From the NCBI GenBank assembly GCA_027623195.1, contig JAQBUT010000010.1, positions 1 through 64,000 on the forward strand: DNA of 64,000 nt, written 5' to 3'. Source of the stretch: Chloroflexota bacterium (lineage in GTDB: Bacteria; Chloroflexota; Dehalococcoidia; Lucifugimonadales; JADFKI01). Of the stretch, positions 37,339 through 47,288 are shown in pieces. The translations under genes were made by a program, and so were the position numbers. The number at the start of each line of letters is the position of its first letter. The stretch's first letter is position 1. Below the pieces are notes generated by a model, which did not search any database, had not been told where the DNA came from, and was given only the letters and a program-made list of their open reading frames with translations.

Positions 37339-38754
37339 TTGCCTAGCCTAGCCGCCCTGAGGAGACTTGCGCCGCGCCGCGTTGTGCTGGTGACGGCGGT
37401 TGCCGCCGCTACCATCATGGGCGACTCCATGCTATACAACGTGCTGCCTTCCAGAGTTGAGGCTTTTGGCATATCAGTGGGCCTCGTTGGGGTGTTGCTC
37501 AGCGCCAACCGCCTCGTGCGACTGGTGTCCAATCAGGTGGCGGCCTGGGCTATAGAGCGATTCGGGATGCGGGGTCCGCTGCTGGCCAGCGTTTTGTTGG
37601 CCGTGGGCACCACGCTGACGTATGGAACGGCGTCATGGTTTAGCGTGCTGCTTCTGGCTCGCCTCGTATGGGGCATAACGTTCTCCGTATTTCGCCTGAG
37701 TGGCTATCTCGTGGTGCTGGAGGAGAGCGTCGATGGCTCTCGCGGTCGGCTCATGGGCTTCTTTAGCAGCGGCATGCGCGTGGGCAGCATTGTCGGCGTT
37801 TTGCTAGGTGGTCTTCTGTTCGACGTGACAGGCAGAACAACCAGCTTCGTTGTAATTGCCGCGTTGGGTCTGTTAGGCGTGCCTGCGGCCATTGCTCTCT
37901 TAAAGGGGGGCCGAAATTCAGCAACCGACGGGTTCCCTTCATCCAGTAGCTCCGACTTGATTTCACCACAAACGGATTCCATACAAACGCCCCCAACCTC
38001 ATTGGAGACTGGCGGAGAGGATGGAGGTCCCAGCCAGGCAGTGCCCGGTCTTGATTCCATTGGTGTATCCGAATCCTCAAATCGATATGCCGGACGATTC
38101 GAAATGTTATGGGACTTCCTGATATCGAAGGCACCAGAGCTTTCATTTACGCAGCGTCGTATGATCCTGTCAGCCAGCTTCACGTTCTTCTGCTTCCAAC
38201 TGGTCATGAACGGGGTACTAATATCGTCGTTGGGATACTTTCTGAATCAACGGCTAGGTGCGGGAGCTGCAGTCGCAGGCATCTTCATCGGAGTCGCAAC
38301 ATTGAATGGCATGCTTATCTCCACCCGGTGGATATCCGGACTGTCCGCGCCCTACTTTGGGCACATAGGGGACAGGTACGGTCGAACGCGTATTCTCGCC
38401 GTGTCCATTCCCATCTGTCTCGTTGCGCTGTTGCTCCTTGCGTTTTCGCCGTCATTCTGGCTCATCTTGATATGGCTACCGGTGGCCTTTTCCGCTACCG
38501 CAGCGTCCATAACTGCGTTGGACTCCCTGGTGGGCGGGCTGGCGCCTATGGGCAGGCGTGCGCAGATCATGAGTCGTTATGCGACCTGGCAGGACACGGG
38601 CTCGGCATTGGGACCGCTTATAGCGTTCGCCGTGCTCGGCTTCACGACACTGACCTTCGTCTACCTGGGAGGGGCCATCCTGCTAGCCTTCGCCTTCGCC
38701 GTATTCCTGGCCAGCGTACGCGCAAGCCGGTCCGTCGTGCCTTCGGCATCATAG
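37339..38754 (+). CDS. MFS transporter with a long central loop
   Basis: GDSMLY..LP, LLSANR, GDRYGR; about 12 TM segments. Confidence 0.85.
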   Translation: MPSLAALRRLAPRRVVLVTAVAAATIMGDSMLYNVLPSRVEAFGISVGLVGVLLSANRLVRLVSNQVAAWAIERFGMRGPLLASVLLAVGTTLTYGTASWFSVLLLARLVWGITFSVFRLSGYLVVLEESVDGSRGRLMGFFSSGMRVGSIVGVLLGGLLFDVTGRTTSFVVIAALGLLGVPAAIALLKGGRNSATDGFPSSSSSDLISPQTDSIQTPPTSLETGGEDGGPSQAVPGLDSIGVSESSNRYAGRFEMLWDFLISKAPELSFTQRRMILSASFTFFCFQLVMNGVLISSLGYFLNQRLGAGAAVAGIFIGVATLNGMLISTRWISGLSAPYFGHIGDRYGRTRILAVSIPICLVALLLLAFSPSFWLILIWLPVAFSATAASITALDSLVGGLAPMGRRAQIMSRYATWQDTGSALGPLIAFAVLGFTTLTFVYLGGAILLAFAFAVFLASVRASRSVVPSAS

Positions 38755-38820
38755 GTGCCGGGCTGTTTGCTAAGATGGGTTTTGTATATATCATGCATAA
38801 TCATGTCCGATAGACAAAAT

Positions 38821-38924
38821 GTCATTGCCAGCGCAGCGAGGAATCTAATCCCTATGCCTTTAGCATGGACGTTATGTCTTAGATTCCTCTTTTCGTCCGC
38901 TGCGGCGGACTTCGCTGGGAATGA
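38821..38924. repeat. REP-like family B inverted pair (REPIN-like)
   Basis: GTCATTGCCAGCGCAGCGAGGAATCTAA ... TTAGATTCCTC ... CTTCGCTGGGAATGA. Confidence 0.7.
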
Positions 38925-38996
38925 AATTTGACGTTGACTTTGTGCCGAATAGCGTCGCGTTGATAGATGCAGATTAAGAATAGCTGGAGATATAAG

Positions 38997-39671
38997 ATGG
39001 CAGGTCGAATCGCTTTGGTGGGCGGAGATGAGTTCATGCCCACGTGCAGGGAGATGGACGCCGAGTTGATCCGCGCCACGGGCAAGAGCAGTCCCAGGGT
39101 TCTGGTGGTTCCGACGGCTTCCGAGCGCAATGCCGTGTTGGCTTCGAACCACGGCGTGACGCATTTCCTCGATTTGGGGGCCGATGCCGCGCCACTGATG
39201 GTGACCAACTCTGAACAGGCGAATGACGAGGCGTTGGTTTCTGAGATTGACGGCGCTGACATCGTCTATTTCACCGGGGGCAACCCGGCGAAGCTGCTGG
39301 AAGATGTGCTGGGGTCGCTTCTTATCAGCAAACTGGAACAACTGCTGGAACGTGATGCCATCCTCGCTGGGTCCAGCGCAGGCGCAATGGTCATGGGCTC
39401 CTGGATGCGCTTTCGAGAATGGCGAGAGACGTTGGGAATCGTGCCCGGCGTGGTAGCGCTGCCGCACCACGAGCGCAGCACGCCCGAGGAGACTTCAGGC
39501 GAGTTGGTCGCAAGTGGCCATGGCGATCTGTGGGGGCTGGGCATCGACGGCGCGACAGGTTGCCTCAGCGGTTCTGACGGATGGACGGTTCTCGGAGGAG
39601 GCAGCATCATGGTTTACAAAAATGGAGACTGGCAGCGTTACGGCGGCGGCGAGTCTTTCAGCCTGAGGTAG
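38997..39671 (+). CDS. Peptidase S51 / cyanophycinase-like type 1 glutamine amidotransferase-fold protein
   Basis: LVGG.E, PTAS, TGGN, GSSAGA (Ser nucleophile), PH, GID. Confidence 0.85.
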   Translation: MAGRIALVGGDEFMPTCREMDAELIRATGKSSPRVLVVPTASERNAVLASNHGVTHFLDLGADAAPLMVTNSEQANDEALVSEIDGADIVYFTGGNPAKLLEDVLGSLLISKLEQLLERDAILAGSSAGAMVMGSWMRFREWRETLGIVPGVVALPHHERSTPEETSGELVASGHGDLWGLGIDGATGCLSGSDGWTVLGGGSIMVYKNGDWQRYGGGESFSLR

Positions 39672-39678
39672 ACGTTCT

Positions 39679-40770
39679 TTGTCGAGTAAAATCTCAATTA
39701 TACGAGTCGGCATGACAGCCTCTTTGACGGGAAGGTACGCCTACCCCGGCAAACAGGCGCTGGCCGGGGTGCAGGCCTGGGTGCGACAGGCTAATCGCGC
39801 CGGCGGCATTATGGTGGGAGACGCCTATTTTCCCGTGGAGCTAGTCCACTACGACGACGGGGGCAGCCCTCGAAGGTGTGAAGAGCTGACGTTTCGCCTT
39901 ATCAATGCAGATAAAGTGGACGTGCTTTTAGGGCCATACTCCAGTGGCCTCACATTGCGCTCCGCCAATGCGGCAAATGAGCACGGGCGCGTGTTGTGGA
40001 ACCACGGTGGCGCGTTGGGGTCCAAGGCACAGGGTATGGTGGTAGATGTCCTAAGCCCGGCGGCTACCTATTTTGGGGGCGTCATCGACTACGCGCTGAG
40101 TCGTAAGCCCGGCCTTGAAAATGTAGCTATCGTGCACTCTACAGCTGGCGAGTTTCCCAGGCAAATATCGGCTGGCTCTCTGGAGTATTGCAGCAGTAGA
40201 CGGCTGTCGCTGCCGTCTGTCCTAACATATGCCGCCGACACTAAGAGCTTCAATCCGGTCATCGAGCGTCTGCGTCAGGACCCTCCGGAGTTGCTGCTAA
40301 GTGTTGGCCGCATTGAGGACGATATTGAATTTGCACGCCAGCTACATCAGGCACAGCTTGAGATTGAGTTTGTCGGCTTTATAGCCGCGCCCTTGGCCTC
40401 TTTCGGTGACGAATTGGGAGACGCTGCTGAGGGTGTTCTGGGCCCAAGCCAGTGGGAGTTGGGTGTGGCATCCAATCCAGATTACGGGCCGTCGGCGGAC
40501 GAGGTGTTAAGCCATCTCGCAGACGTTGGTCAGAGCACTGTCGATTACCCGGCGGCACAGGCGTATGCCGGTTGCCTGGTAGCTCAGCGGTGCATTGAAG
40601 ACGCGGGGTCTATGAATGCGCAGGAGCTGTGGAAGATCGCAGGTCGGTTGGACTTCACGACGTTCTTTGGCAGGTTCCGCATCAACCCCAAAACTGGGCG
40701 GCAGGAGGGCCACCAGATGCCGGTCATTCGGTGGCGCGATGGACACAAGGAATTGGTCTGGACGGCTTAG
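39679..40770 (+). CDS. Branched-chain amino acid-type (PBP1) substrate-binding protein with no signal peptide
   Basis: SLTG.YA..G, YDD, LLGPYSS, TFFG.F. Confidence 0.8.
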   Translation: MSSKISIIRVGMTASLTGRYAYPGKQALAGVQAWVRQANRAGGIMVGDAYFPVELVHYDDGGSPRRCEELTFRLINADKVDVLLGPYSSGLTLRSANAANEHGRVLWNHGGALGSKAQGMVVDVLSPAATYFGGVIDYALSRKPGLENVAIVHSTAGEFPRQISAGSLEYCSSRRLSLPSVLTYAADTKSFNPVIERLRQDPPELLLSVGRIEDDIEFARQLHQAQLEIEFVGFIAAPLASFGDELGDAAEGVLGPSQWELGVASNPDYGPSADEVLSHLADVGQSTVDYPAAQAYAGCLVAQRCIEDAGSMNAQELWKIAGRLDFTTFFGRFRINPKTGRQEGHQMPVIRWRDGHKELVWTA

Positions 40771-40830
40771 TCCGGCGCAGTGTGATATCTTACCATTCGG
40801 AAAATAAACGATTAATAATTCGGGAGAAAA

Positions 40831-41604
40831 ATGATGCGGTTGGAAGGCAAGGTGGCACTCATCACGGGCGCAGGTTCAGGCATTGGCCGCGCATCGTCGC
40901 TACTGTTCGCACAGGAGGGCGCCAAGGTCGTGGTGTCGGACCTGAATGAGAGCACTGCGCTTGAGCTAGCGGAAGAGATTGCAGGGCAGGGCGGTGAGGC
41001 GACGTTCGTTACCGGAGATGTCTCCAATAGCGCGCACGCAGAGCAGATGGTGCGTAAGGCTGTGGATGCGTACGGACAGCTGGATATCCTGGTGAACAGC
41101 GCCGGGATAAGCGCCCGCAACGCGCTTCCGGAAGGTGCATCCCCTGAAGAGATCTGGGACAAGGTAATGGACGTGAACCTCAAAGGCACGTACCTGGTAT
41201 CGTGGCACGCCGTGCCTGAGATGGAGAAGTCGGGGGGTGGTTCGATTGTGAACCTGGCTTCCATAATGGGCGTAGTTGGTTACCCTGCTGGAATGGGTGG
41301 TGGCTTCAACCCATACGTTCCGTCTAAAGGCGGAGTGTTGCAGTTCACAAAGAACCTGGCCATAGACTGCGCCAGCAAGAACATTCGCGTGAACTGCCTG
41401 TGTCCCGGCTACGTGGAGACCAACCTAATCACAGGTCTGACCTCGGACCCGGAGAGCAAAGCGGCGTTGGAGGCGAGGCACCCCATGGGACGGCTGGGAC
41501 GGCCAGACGAGATCGCAAAGGCCGCGCTGTTCCTGGCCTCTGACGATGCGTCGTACATCACCGGCGCGCCGCTAATGATAGACGGCGGCTATACGGCGCA
41601 GTAG
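40831..41604 (+). CDS. SDR family oxidoreductase
   Basis: TGAGSGIG, NSAG, YVPSK, DGGYTA. Confidence 0.92.
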   Translation: MMRLEGKVALITGAGSGIGRASSLLFAQEGAKVVVSDLNESTALELAEEIAGQGGEATFVTGDVSNSAHAEQMVRKAVDAYGQLDILVNSAGISARNALPEGASPEEIWDKVMDVNLKGTYLVSWHAVPEMEKSGGGSIVNLASIMGVVGYPAGMGGGFNPYVPSKGGVLQFTKNLAIDCASKNIRVNCLCPGYVETNLITGLTSDPESKAALEARHPMGRLGRPDEIAKAALFLASDDASYITGAPLMIDGGYTAQ

Positions 41605-41606
41605 TC

Positions 41607-42398
41607 TCACGCCAATTCGAACGTTAGCACGCGGCTCTTCCAGACTTCGAACGCGATGCTCTGTAGCGCTTCATGGTTGGGCCGGTCCATCTGCAGCGTG
41701 CGGCTGAGCACCTTGGGGCCAAGGTCTTGCATCAGTCGGCACCGCTGCTGAAAATCTCGTAGCGTGTTCTTCTCGCCGCCTAACAGCACATAATCTATGT
41801 TGTTGCCGAATGGTTCGAAAACGTCCCGCACAACCTCGCAGGTCTTGTCGTACAGCTCTCTTATAAGTCGATCGCGGCTGCGCATGAAACGTCGTTGCGA
41901 AGAACCGCCAGCCCTATGTCGGTTTTTCACGTGACGGGTATCAGTCTTGGTTGCGGACAGGATTTCGCCCCGGAGAACGGCAACGGCGTACCTACCCAGG
42001 CGTAGTAACACCACTCCGGTTACTAACTGGCGTTCCAGCAGGTCTCTTAATTGGGCGGTGTTTGCGCCCGCGTGGTGGGAATCCGCTTTCAAAGGAAAAG
42101 GTGGCAATACGGCGGTCGCCTTGCCTTCGCCCATGAACGCCACCACGCCCGTATCCGATGGGCCAATCTCGTTGGTTATGCCCGCCAGCATTTGCTTTTC
42201 CTCTGCCGGTATTTCGTCTGGCAGTGCATCGGCAGGCGTATTAAGCGACTCTGGCCGTAGGTAAACGCTGCGCGTGCACCAGTCGCCCTCATCTACCTCG
42301 GTAAGAAGTCTAAGAAGGCGGGCCTTGCTCGTCCAGTGGCGTTCCACGACTTGCGCTAACATTTCAGAGCTTTGCCGTACCTGATTGGGTTGAAACAA
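41607..42398 (-). CDS. acVLRF1 (Vms1-like release factor) peptidyl-tRNA hydrolase family
   Basis: VLLRLGRYAV, RHRAGGSSQRRF.R.R and LGG motifs; start uncertain. Confidence 0.85.
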   Translation of the reverse strand: MFQPNQVRQSSEMLAQVVERHWTSKARLLRLLTEVDEGDWCTRSVYLRPESLNTPADALPDEIPAEEKQMLAGITNEIGPSDTGVVAFMGEGKATAVLPPFPLKADSHHAGANTAQLRDLLERQLVTGVVLLRLGRYAVAVLRGEILSATKTDTRHVKNRHRAGGSSQRRFMRSRDRLIRELYDKTCEVVRDVFEPFGNNIDYVLLGGEKNTLRDFQQRCRLMQDLGPKVLSRTLQMDRPNHEALQSIAFEVWKSRVLTFELA

Positions 42399-42421
42399 AC
42401 ATAGTTTTCACCGGATACACA

Positions 42422-44443
42422 TTAGTGATCGCCGGGAGGCTGTGCTGATTCCATAAAAAAGTCGTACTTGATGCCGGAGCGCTCCATTACCCAGTCTACG
42501 TCCTCCTCCAACAGGTACCCTTCCTTAACCAGCTGCTCCGCTGCGTCGAACACTTTCTCCAGGTAGATGTCCTTGCTCCTGTACCGCTCCTCGATGGATG
42601 GTCTAGGATCGCCGGCTGCCCTTCGCTCCCTTCTGGTCTTGCCTAAGGGGAGCGTCCAACCCGCCAACCCGCCGGTGATACCGATTACCAGACCGGTATT
42701 GCCGATGTCCGAGTGGCGCAGGTTCCAGCCCGTGTATGTCGCCAGGGGCACCGTGATATCCGGTAGGGATATGCCTGCAATCTCGTTGCAGTCGTCGTTG
42801 ATGTCCGACACGAACGCCGGGTACTCTTCGCCGTCGATGGCCGGGAGTATCGTTGTGCGGCCCAGGAGCTTTTCCGGGCCGAAGTCCAACCGTTTGGCTC
42901 TGGTTGGTGGGTTGGGAGCGGTAACGCCTGGGAGGGTGTTCAGCTTGTCCAGAAGCGTTTTGGACTCGACGGCAGTGCCCTCAGAAAGGCTGGGGTGTCT
43001 GCTGGGCGGGGGCGCCTCGCCATCGGTGACCCACCTGTCCAGGTTTTGTAGCGCCGCCCTTTGCAGGGGGGAGTAGTCCACGCTGTTGAACGGCAACTGA
43101 CCGCGAACACCGTCGTTGGGCCGCACATCCTCGGGAGGGAAGATGCCTATGCCGTGTTGCGTGCCTGTGAAGTGGTATTTACGAACGCTGTCTGAGTGTT
43201 CCGGCGCGTCCTTTAGCGTTACCAGGTCTGTGTGGATTAGCGCTGCATCGCCTCGCCAGTACTCCGCCGACGTGTTCGTGAACATGATCTTCGGAACCTG
43301 CCCCTGCTTCTGAAAGCGGCCCAACAGTGAGTCGGTCTCGCCGGTGACGGGGTCAGTCTGCTCCGTATCTGTAAACGGGAACAGCTCGGGGATAATGAAG
43401 CACACGTCCTTGGAGGGTTGCCCGAAGCGCATGTTGAACTCGCCGCGCATGCCGCCGCCAATGTGGGCGATGATACCGTCCAGGGCCATGCGTCCGTCCT
43501 CGTCGGTGTTGACGCCGGTGTGGATGTACTGGCGCAGGAACCTGCCACATTGGGAGCTGCCGAAGGCGTAGGCGCGTTGCAACGACCCGGCTCCAAGGAT
43601 TGCGTCCCTGCCGTTGCCATTCTTGAGTCCGTGTTTGAAAAACGAAGCGGTATCGCGAACGGCGGCAAAGCCCAGTCCGACGATGGCGCTCCCCCTGGTG
43701 GTGTACACAAGCTGGTAGATGCGGCCTGGCTCGAATCCCGAAGGCATGTAGATGTGGTGTGGGTCGCCCTCAGCGTCCTCCATCTGGTCTTCCACTCGCA
43801 CAAATGAGTACTGGTCACGACTGATAGGCGTCGCCGGACCGTTGGGGTGGTCCTGAACTGTGAGCGTTGCCGTGGCGTCCTCTGCGTCGGCTGGAGGATG
43901 GGGCAGGTGAGTCCTGTCCGCCAATAGGAAGAGTTGGGAGGGCTCGTTGGCCTGGAACTGGCAAAGCATGCGGCCCACCAGGGGGTCGCCACTTTCGTCC
44001 AAACCTTCCGGCACCCGCAGGCCAATCAGGCCCGGGTCGGGCGGAACGTCCGCCTGCCACCCGCCGAATAACACTGTGTAGCCCTGGCGCATCAGGAAGC
44101 CGTTGCCCGGGTGAATAGGCGCGGTAGGATCGAAGCTGCGAGGCGAGCTATTGAAATTGGTAACTGTCTTCCTGCCGCGATTAACTACGTCGTACAGCAA
44201 GCTGCCGTTGCCCCGTTCCAAGTCTTCGGGTTGCAGCATCACGAAGTCGGCCGAGAATCGCACGTTGCCATCAGCGTCGCGAGGCGCAAGCTCCAAATCG
44301 ACGATAGCTTTGTTTGCGTCATTCAAAGGGTCCACCGCGTAGTGCAGGGTGCCTTCAATCTGCTGGTACGGGCCGACTTTTCCATAGGACTCCCCGCCGG
44401 CGTAGGGGAATTGTTTGGTTATCTCCATTTCGATTACTGGCAA
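42422..44443 (-). CDS. Alpha/beta hydrolase domain protein
   Basis: DVVNRG, GWQAD, G.SQ.GRFLR, EYW, GTQH, PLATYTGWN, DPRPS..ERY. Confidence 0.8.
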   Translation of the reverse strand: MPVIEMEITKQFPYAGGESYGKVGPYQQIEGTLHYAVDPLNDANKAIVDLELAPRDADGNVRFSADFVMLQPEDLERGNGSLLYDVVNRGRKTVTNFNSSPRSFDPTAPIHPGNGFLMRQGYTVLFGGWQADVPPDPGLIGLRVPEGLDESGDPLVGRMLCQFQANEPSQLFLLADRTHLPHPPADAEDATATLTVQDHPNGPATPISRDQYSFVRVEDQMEDAEGDPHHIYMPSGFEPGRIYQLVYTTRGSAIVGLGFAAVRDTASFFKHGLKNGNGRDAILGAGSLQRAYAFGSSQCGRFLRQYIHTGVNTDEDGRMALDGIIAHIGGGMRGEFNMRFGQPSKDVCFIIPELFPFTDTEQTDPVTGETDSLLGRFQKQGQVPKIMFTNTSAEYWRGDAALIHTDLVTLKDAPEHSDSVRKYHFTGTQHGIGIFPPEDVRPNDGVRGQLPFNSVDYSPLQRAALQNLDRWVTDGEAPPPSRHPSLSEGTAVESKTLLDKLNTLPGVTAPNPPTRAKRLDFGPEKLLGRTTILPAIDGEEYPAFVSDINDDCNEIAGISLPDITVPLATYTGWNLRHSDIGNTGLVIGITGGLAGWTLPLGKTRRERRAAGDPRPSIEERYRSKDIYLEKVFDAAEQLVKEGYLLEEDVDWVMERSGIKYDFFMESAQPPGDH

Positions 44444-44748
44444 CGAGGTCTCCTTTTTACTTTCATACCCTGGCAGGTCACTGAAGCTGTCATCGACGTC
44501 GCGATTTTATTTTTAGGGCTTTAGATTGCAGTTCCGACGAATTCTAACATCAAACGGAGCTTTGCACACAAAGTCGTTTGTGCTTGGCCAATGGAATTAT
44601 TCGGGCACAGGGTTTGAACGTTGTGTGAATTTCGCGGAAAGCGAGAGCAAGGCCGAAAATAAGGCTTCCAAGGGTTTGATACGAGGCGTATCGGACGAAA
44701 TTAGGGTATAGGGGATGTTCAGGCTTTAGACGCGGTGCGGAGTTTGAT

Positions 44749-45378
44749 ATGCGGAGTAGCCTTGGAATAATCGCGGTATTCGCCCTGGCGGTGGCTGGCG
44801 CATTCACGCTGGCGCTTGCCCAGAAGGCCTACGCTCCACCCTCCAACGACAACAATGTCGTCAGCGCCTCAACCCGGGATATATACATTTCCGATGAACT
44901 TGATGGACCATATGGGTTCTCCCGCGAACTGCCCCTGGGAGAAATCCAACACCTGACGATCAAAGGCCTCGTGGTGAGTCCAGACCAGGAACACATCTCT
45001 ACTATTGCTCCGGATGGGACTTCGATTGGCGTAAACAGCAGCATGCAGCCTGGGGATAGCTATGGAATGTACCTGTCCTTGAACAACTCATCTGCTGTGC
45101 CCCAGTCGGCTGAGCTTACCGTGGACGCGCCCCAGAGCGTGACCATCGACGTTGAGGCAACGCCGGGCAGTGCGGCCGGTCCCGAGGTCAGCAAGGTGGA
45201 GAGGAATCACTGGACTATCATCTACTCTGGTGAGACTCAGCCCGGCGGTCCCTTTGATCTGACGGTATCGGTGCAATCCTCCAGGTTCCTAAGCCAGGAG
45301 GATGGTCTGGTCCAGATTGAGTTGCTTGCATCGGAGTACATTCCCCAGCGTCCTCAACTGGTTGGACTGGTTTATTAG
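44749..45378 (+). CDS. Secreted hypothetical protein (beta-sandwich-like)
   Basis: Signal-peptide-like N-terminus; SD GGAG. Confidence 0.65.
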   Translation: MRSSLGIIAVFALAVAGAFTLALAQKAYAPPSNDNNVVSASTRDIYISDELDGPYGFSRELPLGEIQHLTIKGLVVSPDQEHISTIAPDGTSIGVNSSMQPGDSYGMYLSLNNSSAVPQSAELTVDAPQSVTIDVEATPGSAAGPEVSKVERNHWTIIYSGETQPGGPFDLTVSVQSSRFLSQEDGLVQIELLASEYIPQRPQLVGLVY

Positions 45379-45499
45379 TCAGATCCTTTGGGCCGCCATT
45401 ACTTAATGTCTCCGTTCGCTCCCTCAAATTGTTGACGCGTCGGCCTCTGTCTAACTACACTTTCCTTCATGAACTACGTGAACGGGAAGGGCACTTAAT

Positions 45500-45949
45500 A
45501 TGAAAATTGCTGTTGGCGCTGACCACGCCGGTTATACGGCCAAGGAGCCAATCAAGGCCTTGCTGAAGAGCCTGGGCCACGAGGTCGTGGACGTGGGAGC
45601 GTACGAGGTGGACCCGCTGGACGACTATCCCGACATTGCTAAAATTCTGGCGGATACTGTGGCTAGTGGAGATGTCGACAGGGGCATTATGCTGTGCGGT
45701 AGCGGTGTGGGTGCGGCTGTGGCTGCCAATAAGGTCAGGGGAGTGCGGGCCAGCGTCTGCCACGACACGTACTCTGCTCACCAGGGCGTGGAGCACGACG
45801 ACATGAATGTGCTTTGCATTGGCGCAAGGATAATAGGCGAGGAACTGGTTAAGGAGATCGTCGATTCATTCGCGTCCGCCCAATTCAGTGGCGAGGAGAG
45901 GCATCAGCGCCGACTCAACAAGGTCCTCAAGATGGAGTCGGACTTCTAG
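45500..45949 (+). CDS. rpiB: Ribose-5-phosphate isomerase B
   Basis: DHAG, DDYPD, CGSGVG, ANK, RH.RR; promoter TTGACG-18 nt-TACACT upstream. Confidence 0.93.
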   Translation: MKIAVGADHAGYTAKEPIKALLKSLGHEVVDVGAYEVDPLDDYPDIAKILADTVASGDVDRGIMLCGSGVGAAVAANKVRGVRASVCHDTYSAHQGVEHDDMNVLCIGARIIGEELVKEIVDSFASAQFSGEERHQRRLNKVLKMESDF

Positions 45950-45978
45950 TAAGCCGAGCTTAAAATCAGGGTAAAAGA

Positions 45979-46015
45979 GAAACGGGCGACCCACGATTGG
46001 CGGGTCGCCCGTTTC
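45979..46015. terminator. Bidirectional terminator between rpiB and the comE-like gene
   Basis: GAAACGGGCGACCC...GGGTCGCCCGTTTC. Confidence 0.8.
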
Positions 46016-46035
46016 AATTGGCTCAGCTTAGTCCG

Positions 46036-46605
46036 CTAGCTTAGATTCTTCTTTGCATCCCTGAATGACTGGCCTACGCTCTTGCCGGTGCCGAGGGTCA
46101 TGGCCGAGTCGTCCAACTCTGGGACAACCTTGAGTGAGATGAGCACGGGACCCCTGGTGTTCATAACCTCGTTCAGGCTGGTGGCAAAGTCCTCGAGGTC
46201 GTTGAATTCGAATCCTGCCGTGTAGCCCGACGACTCCGCAATGCCCTTGAAGCTGAAGCCGTTGGCATTGGGCACAGGCTGTCCACCGGTCACGCCGTAC
46301 ACGCCGTTGTCGATGACGAAGTGATAGAGGTTCGCCGGCTTCTTGCCGCCGATAGTTACAGTGGTGCCGAGGTTCATTAGCAGGCTGCCGTCACCGTCTA
46401 TGATGATGACCTTGCGGTGGGGTTGCGCAAGCGCCACGCCCAGGGCCACCGATGCAGCCTTACCCATTGCGCCGCGTATTGGTATTTCAACACTGTCGTC
46501 CGAACTGATTTCAGACCAGGTAGTGCGGCCCGTCATTGTGGGGACCACAATTGAGTCGCCACGAATCTTTTCTATGAGGGATAGTGCGTCTTTTTGATTC
46601 ATCAT
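46036..46605 (-). CDS. TPP-dependent decarboxylase beta subunit (sulfo/phosphonopyruvate decarboxylase ComE-like)
   Basis: GAMG, DGDGSLLMNLG, DNG.Y..TGGQP. Confidence 0.85.
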   Translation of the reverse strand: MMNQKDALSLIEKIRGDSIVVPTMTGRTTWSEISSDDSVEIPIRGAMGKAASVALGVALAQPHRKVIIIDGDGSLLMNLGTTVTIGGKKPANLYHFVIDNGVYGVTGGQPVPNANGFSFKGIAESSGYTAGFEFNDLEDFATSLNEVMNTRGPVLISLKVVPELDDSAMTLGTGKSVGQSFRDAKKNLS

Positions 46606-46607
46606 AG

Positions 46608-47105
46608 TTATACGTATTCCGCTCCCATTAAGCATGCCACGGGCTTCTGCGTCTTCTCCGCCAGCGCGAAGGCCTCGGAGATGCGTCCTACGTCAGAGTC
46701 GGTCTCCACCAGGAAGTAGTCGATGTTCCATGCGTCGAGAATCTTCTCAGTGAAACGGCCAGCTGAGTCCGGTGTGTGGCCGTGTCGGGTCCAGCCCCTG
46801 TAGCCCACCATCATTACCATGGGGAAGTCTATGTCCAGGGCCAGGCCTCGGATGGAGTCGCCAGACTCGAACATGCCGGTGTTCTGGATCAGGACAACGG
46901 GCCTCTTGCCGCCAACCCAGATGCCGGCAGCGACGGCCATGCTCTCGCCCTCGCGACATACTGGCACCAGCTCCAGAGTGGGGTCGGCCACCATTCGCTC
47001 GAAGAGGAAGTTGGTCTCGCTGTCTGGCAGCCAGACCACGTGAGTAATGTTGTTTTTGTTAAGCTCGCTCAAGATACCAGCCGGCGTTAATGCCGCTTCT
47101 AGCAT
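46608..47105 (-). CDS. TPP-dependent decarboxylase alpha subunit (ComD-like)
   Basis: LPDS, CRE.E..A.AAG, IQNTG, GYRG. Confidence 0.85.
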   Translation of the reverse strand: MLEAALTPAGILSELNKNNITHVVWLPDSETNFLFERMVADPTLELVPVCREGESMAVAAGIWVGGKRPVVLIQNTGMFESGDSIRGLALDIDFPMVMMVGYRGWTRHGHTPDSAGRFTEKILDAWNIDYFLVETDSDVGRISEAFALAEKTQKPVACLMGAEYV

Positions 47106-47167
47106 TTTCAATATTCCTTCCGACCCGCCGCGGCGGGCCAAACAAATTTTGTCAGATTGCCTGCGTA

Positions 47168-47197
47168 ATTATATTGGTGGCTGTATTGTGGGGTCAA
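47168..47197 (-). promoter_or_regulatory. Sigma70 promoter of the comDE-like pair
   Basis: TTGACC-18 nt-TATAAT on the minus strand. Confidence 0.65.
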
Positions 47198-47218
47198 CAA
47201 GGTACGGAGTCGATGTAC

Positions 47219-47252
47219 AAAAAACGAGGCTGCCCGTAAAGGCAGCCTCGTT
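47219..47252 (-). terminator. Terminator of ftsZ
   Basis: AACGAGGCTGCC...GGCAGCCTCGTT with a T run on the minus strand. Confidence 0.85.
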
Positions 47253-47288
47253 ATGAGGATCCGGCGCTAATGGGAGGTCAGTGGATGT

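Noticed and set aside
44620..44700. Possible c-di-GMP-I riboswitch (TTCGCGGAAAGCGAGA-GCAAGGCC) upstream of the secreted protein
   Set aside because: Lacks the conserved junction residues and a receptor-bearing second stem; probably simple hairpins
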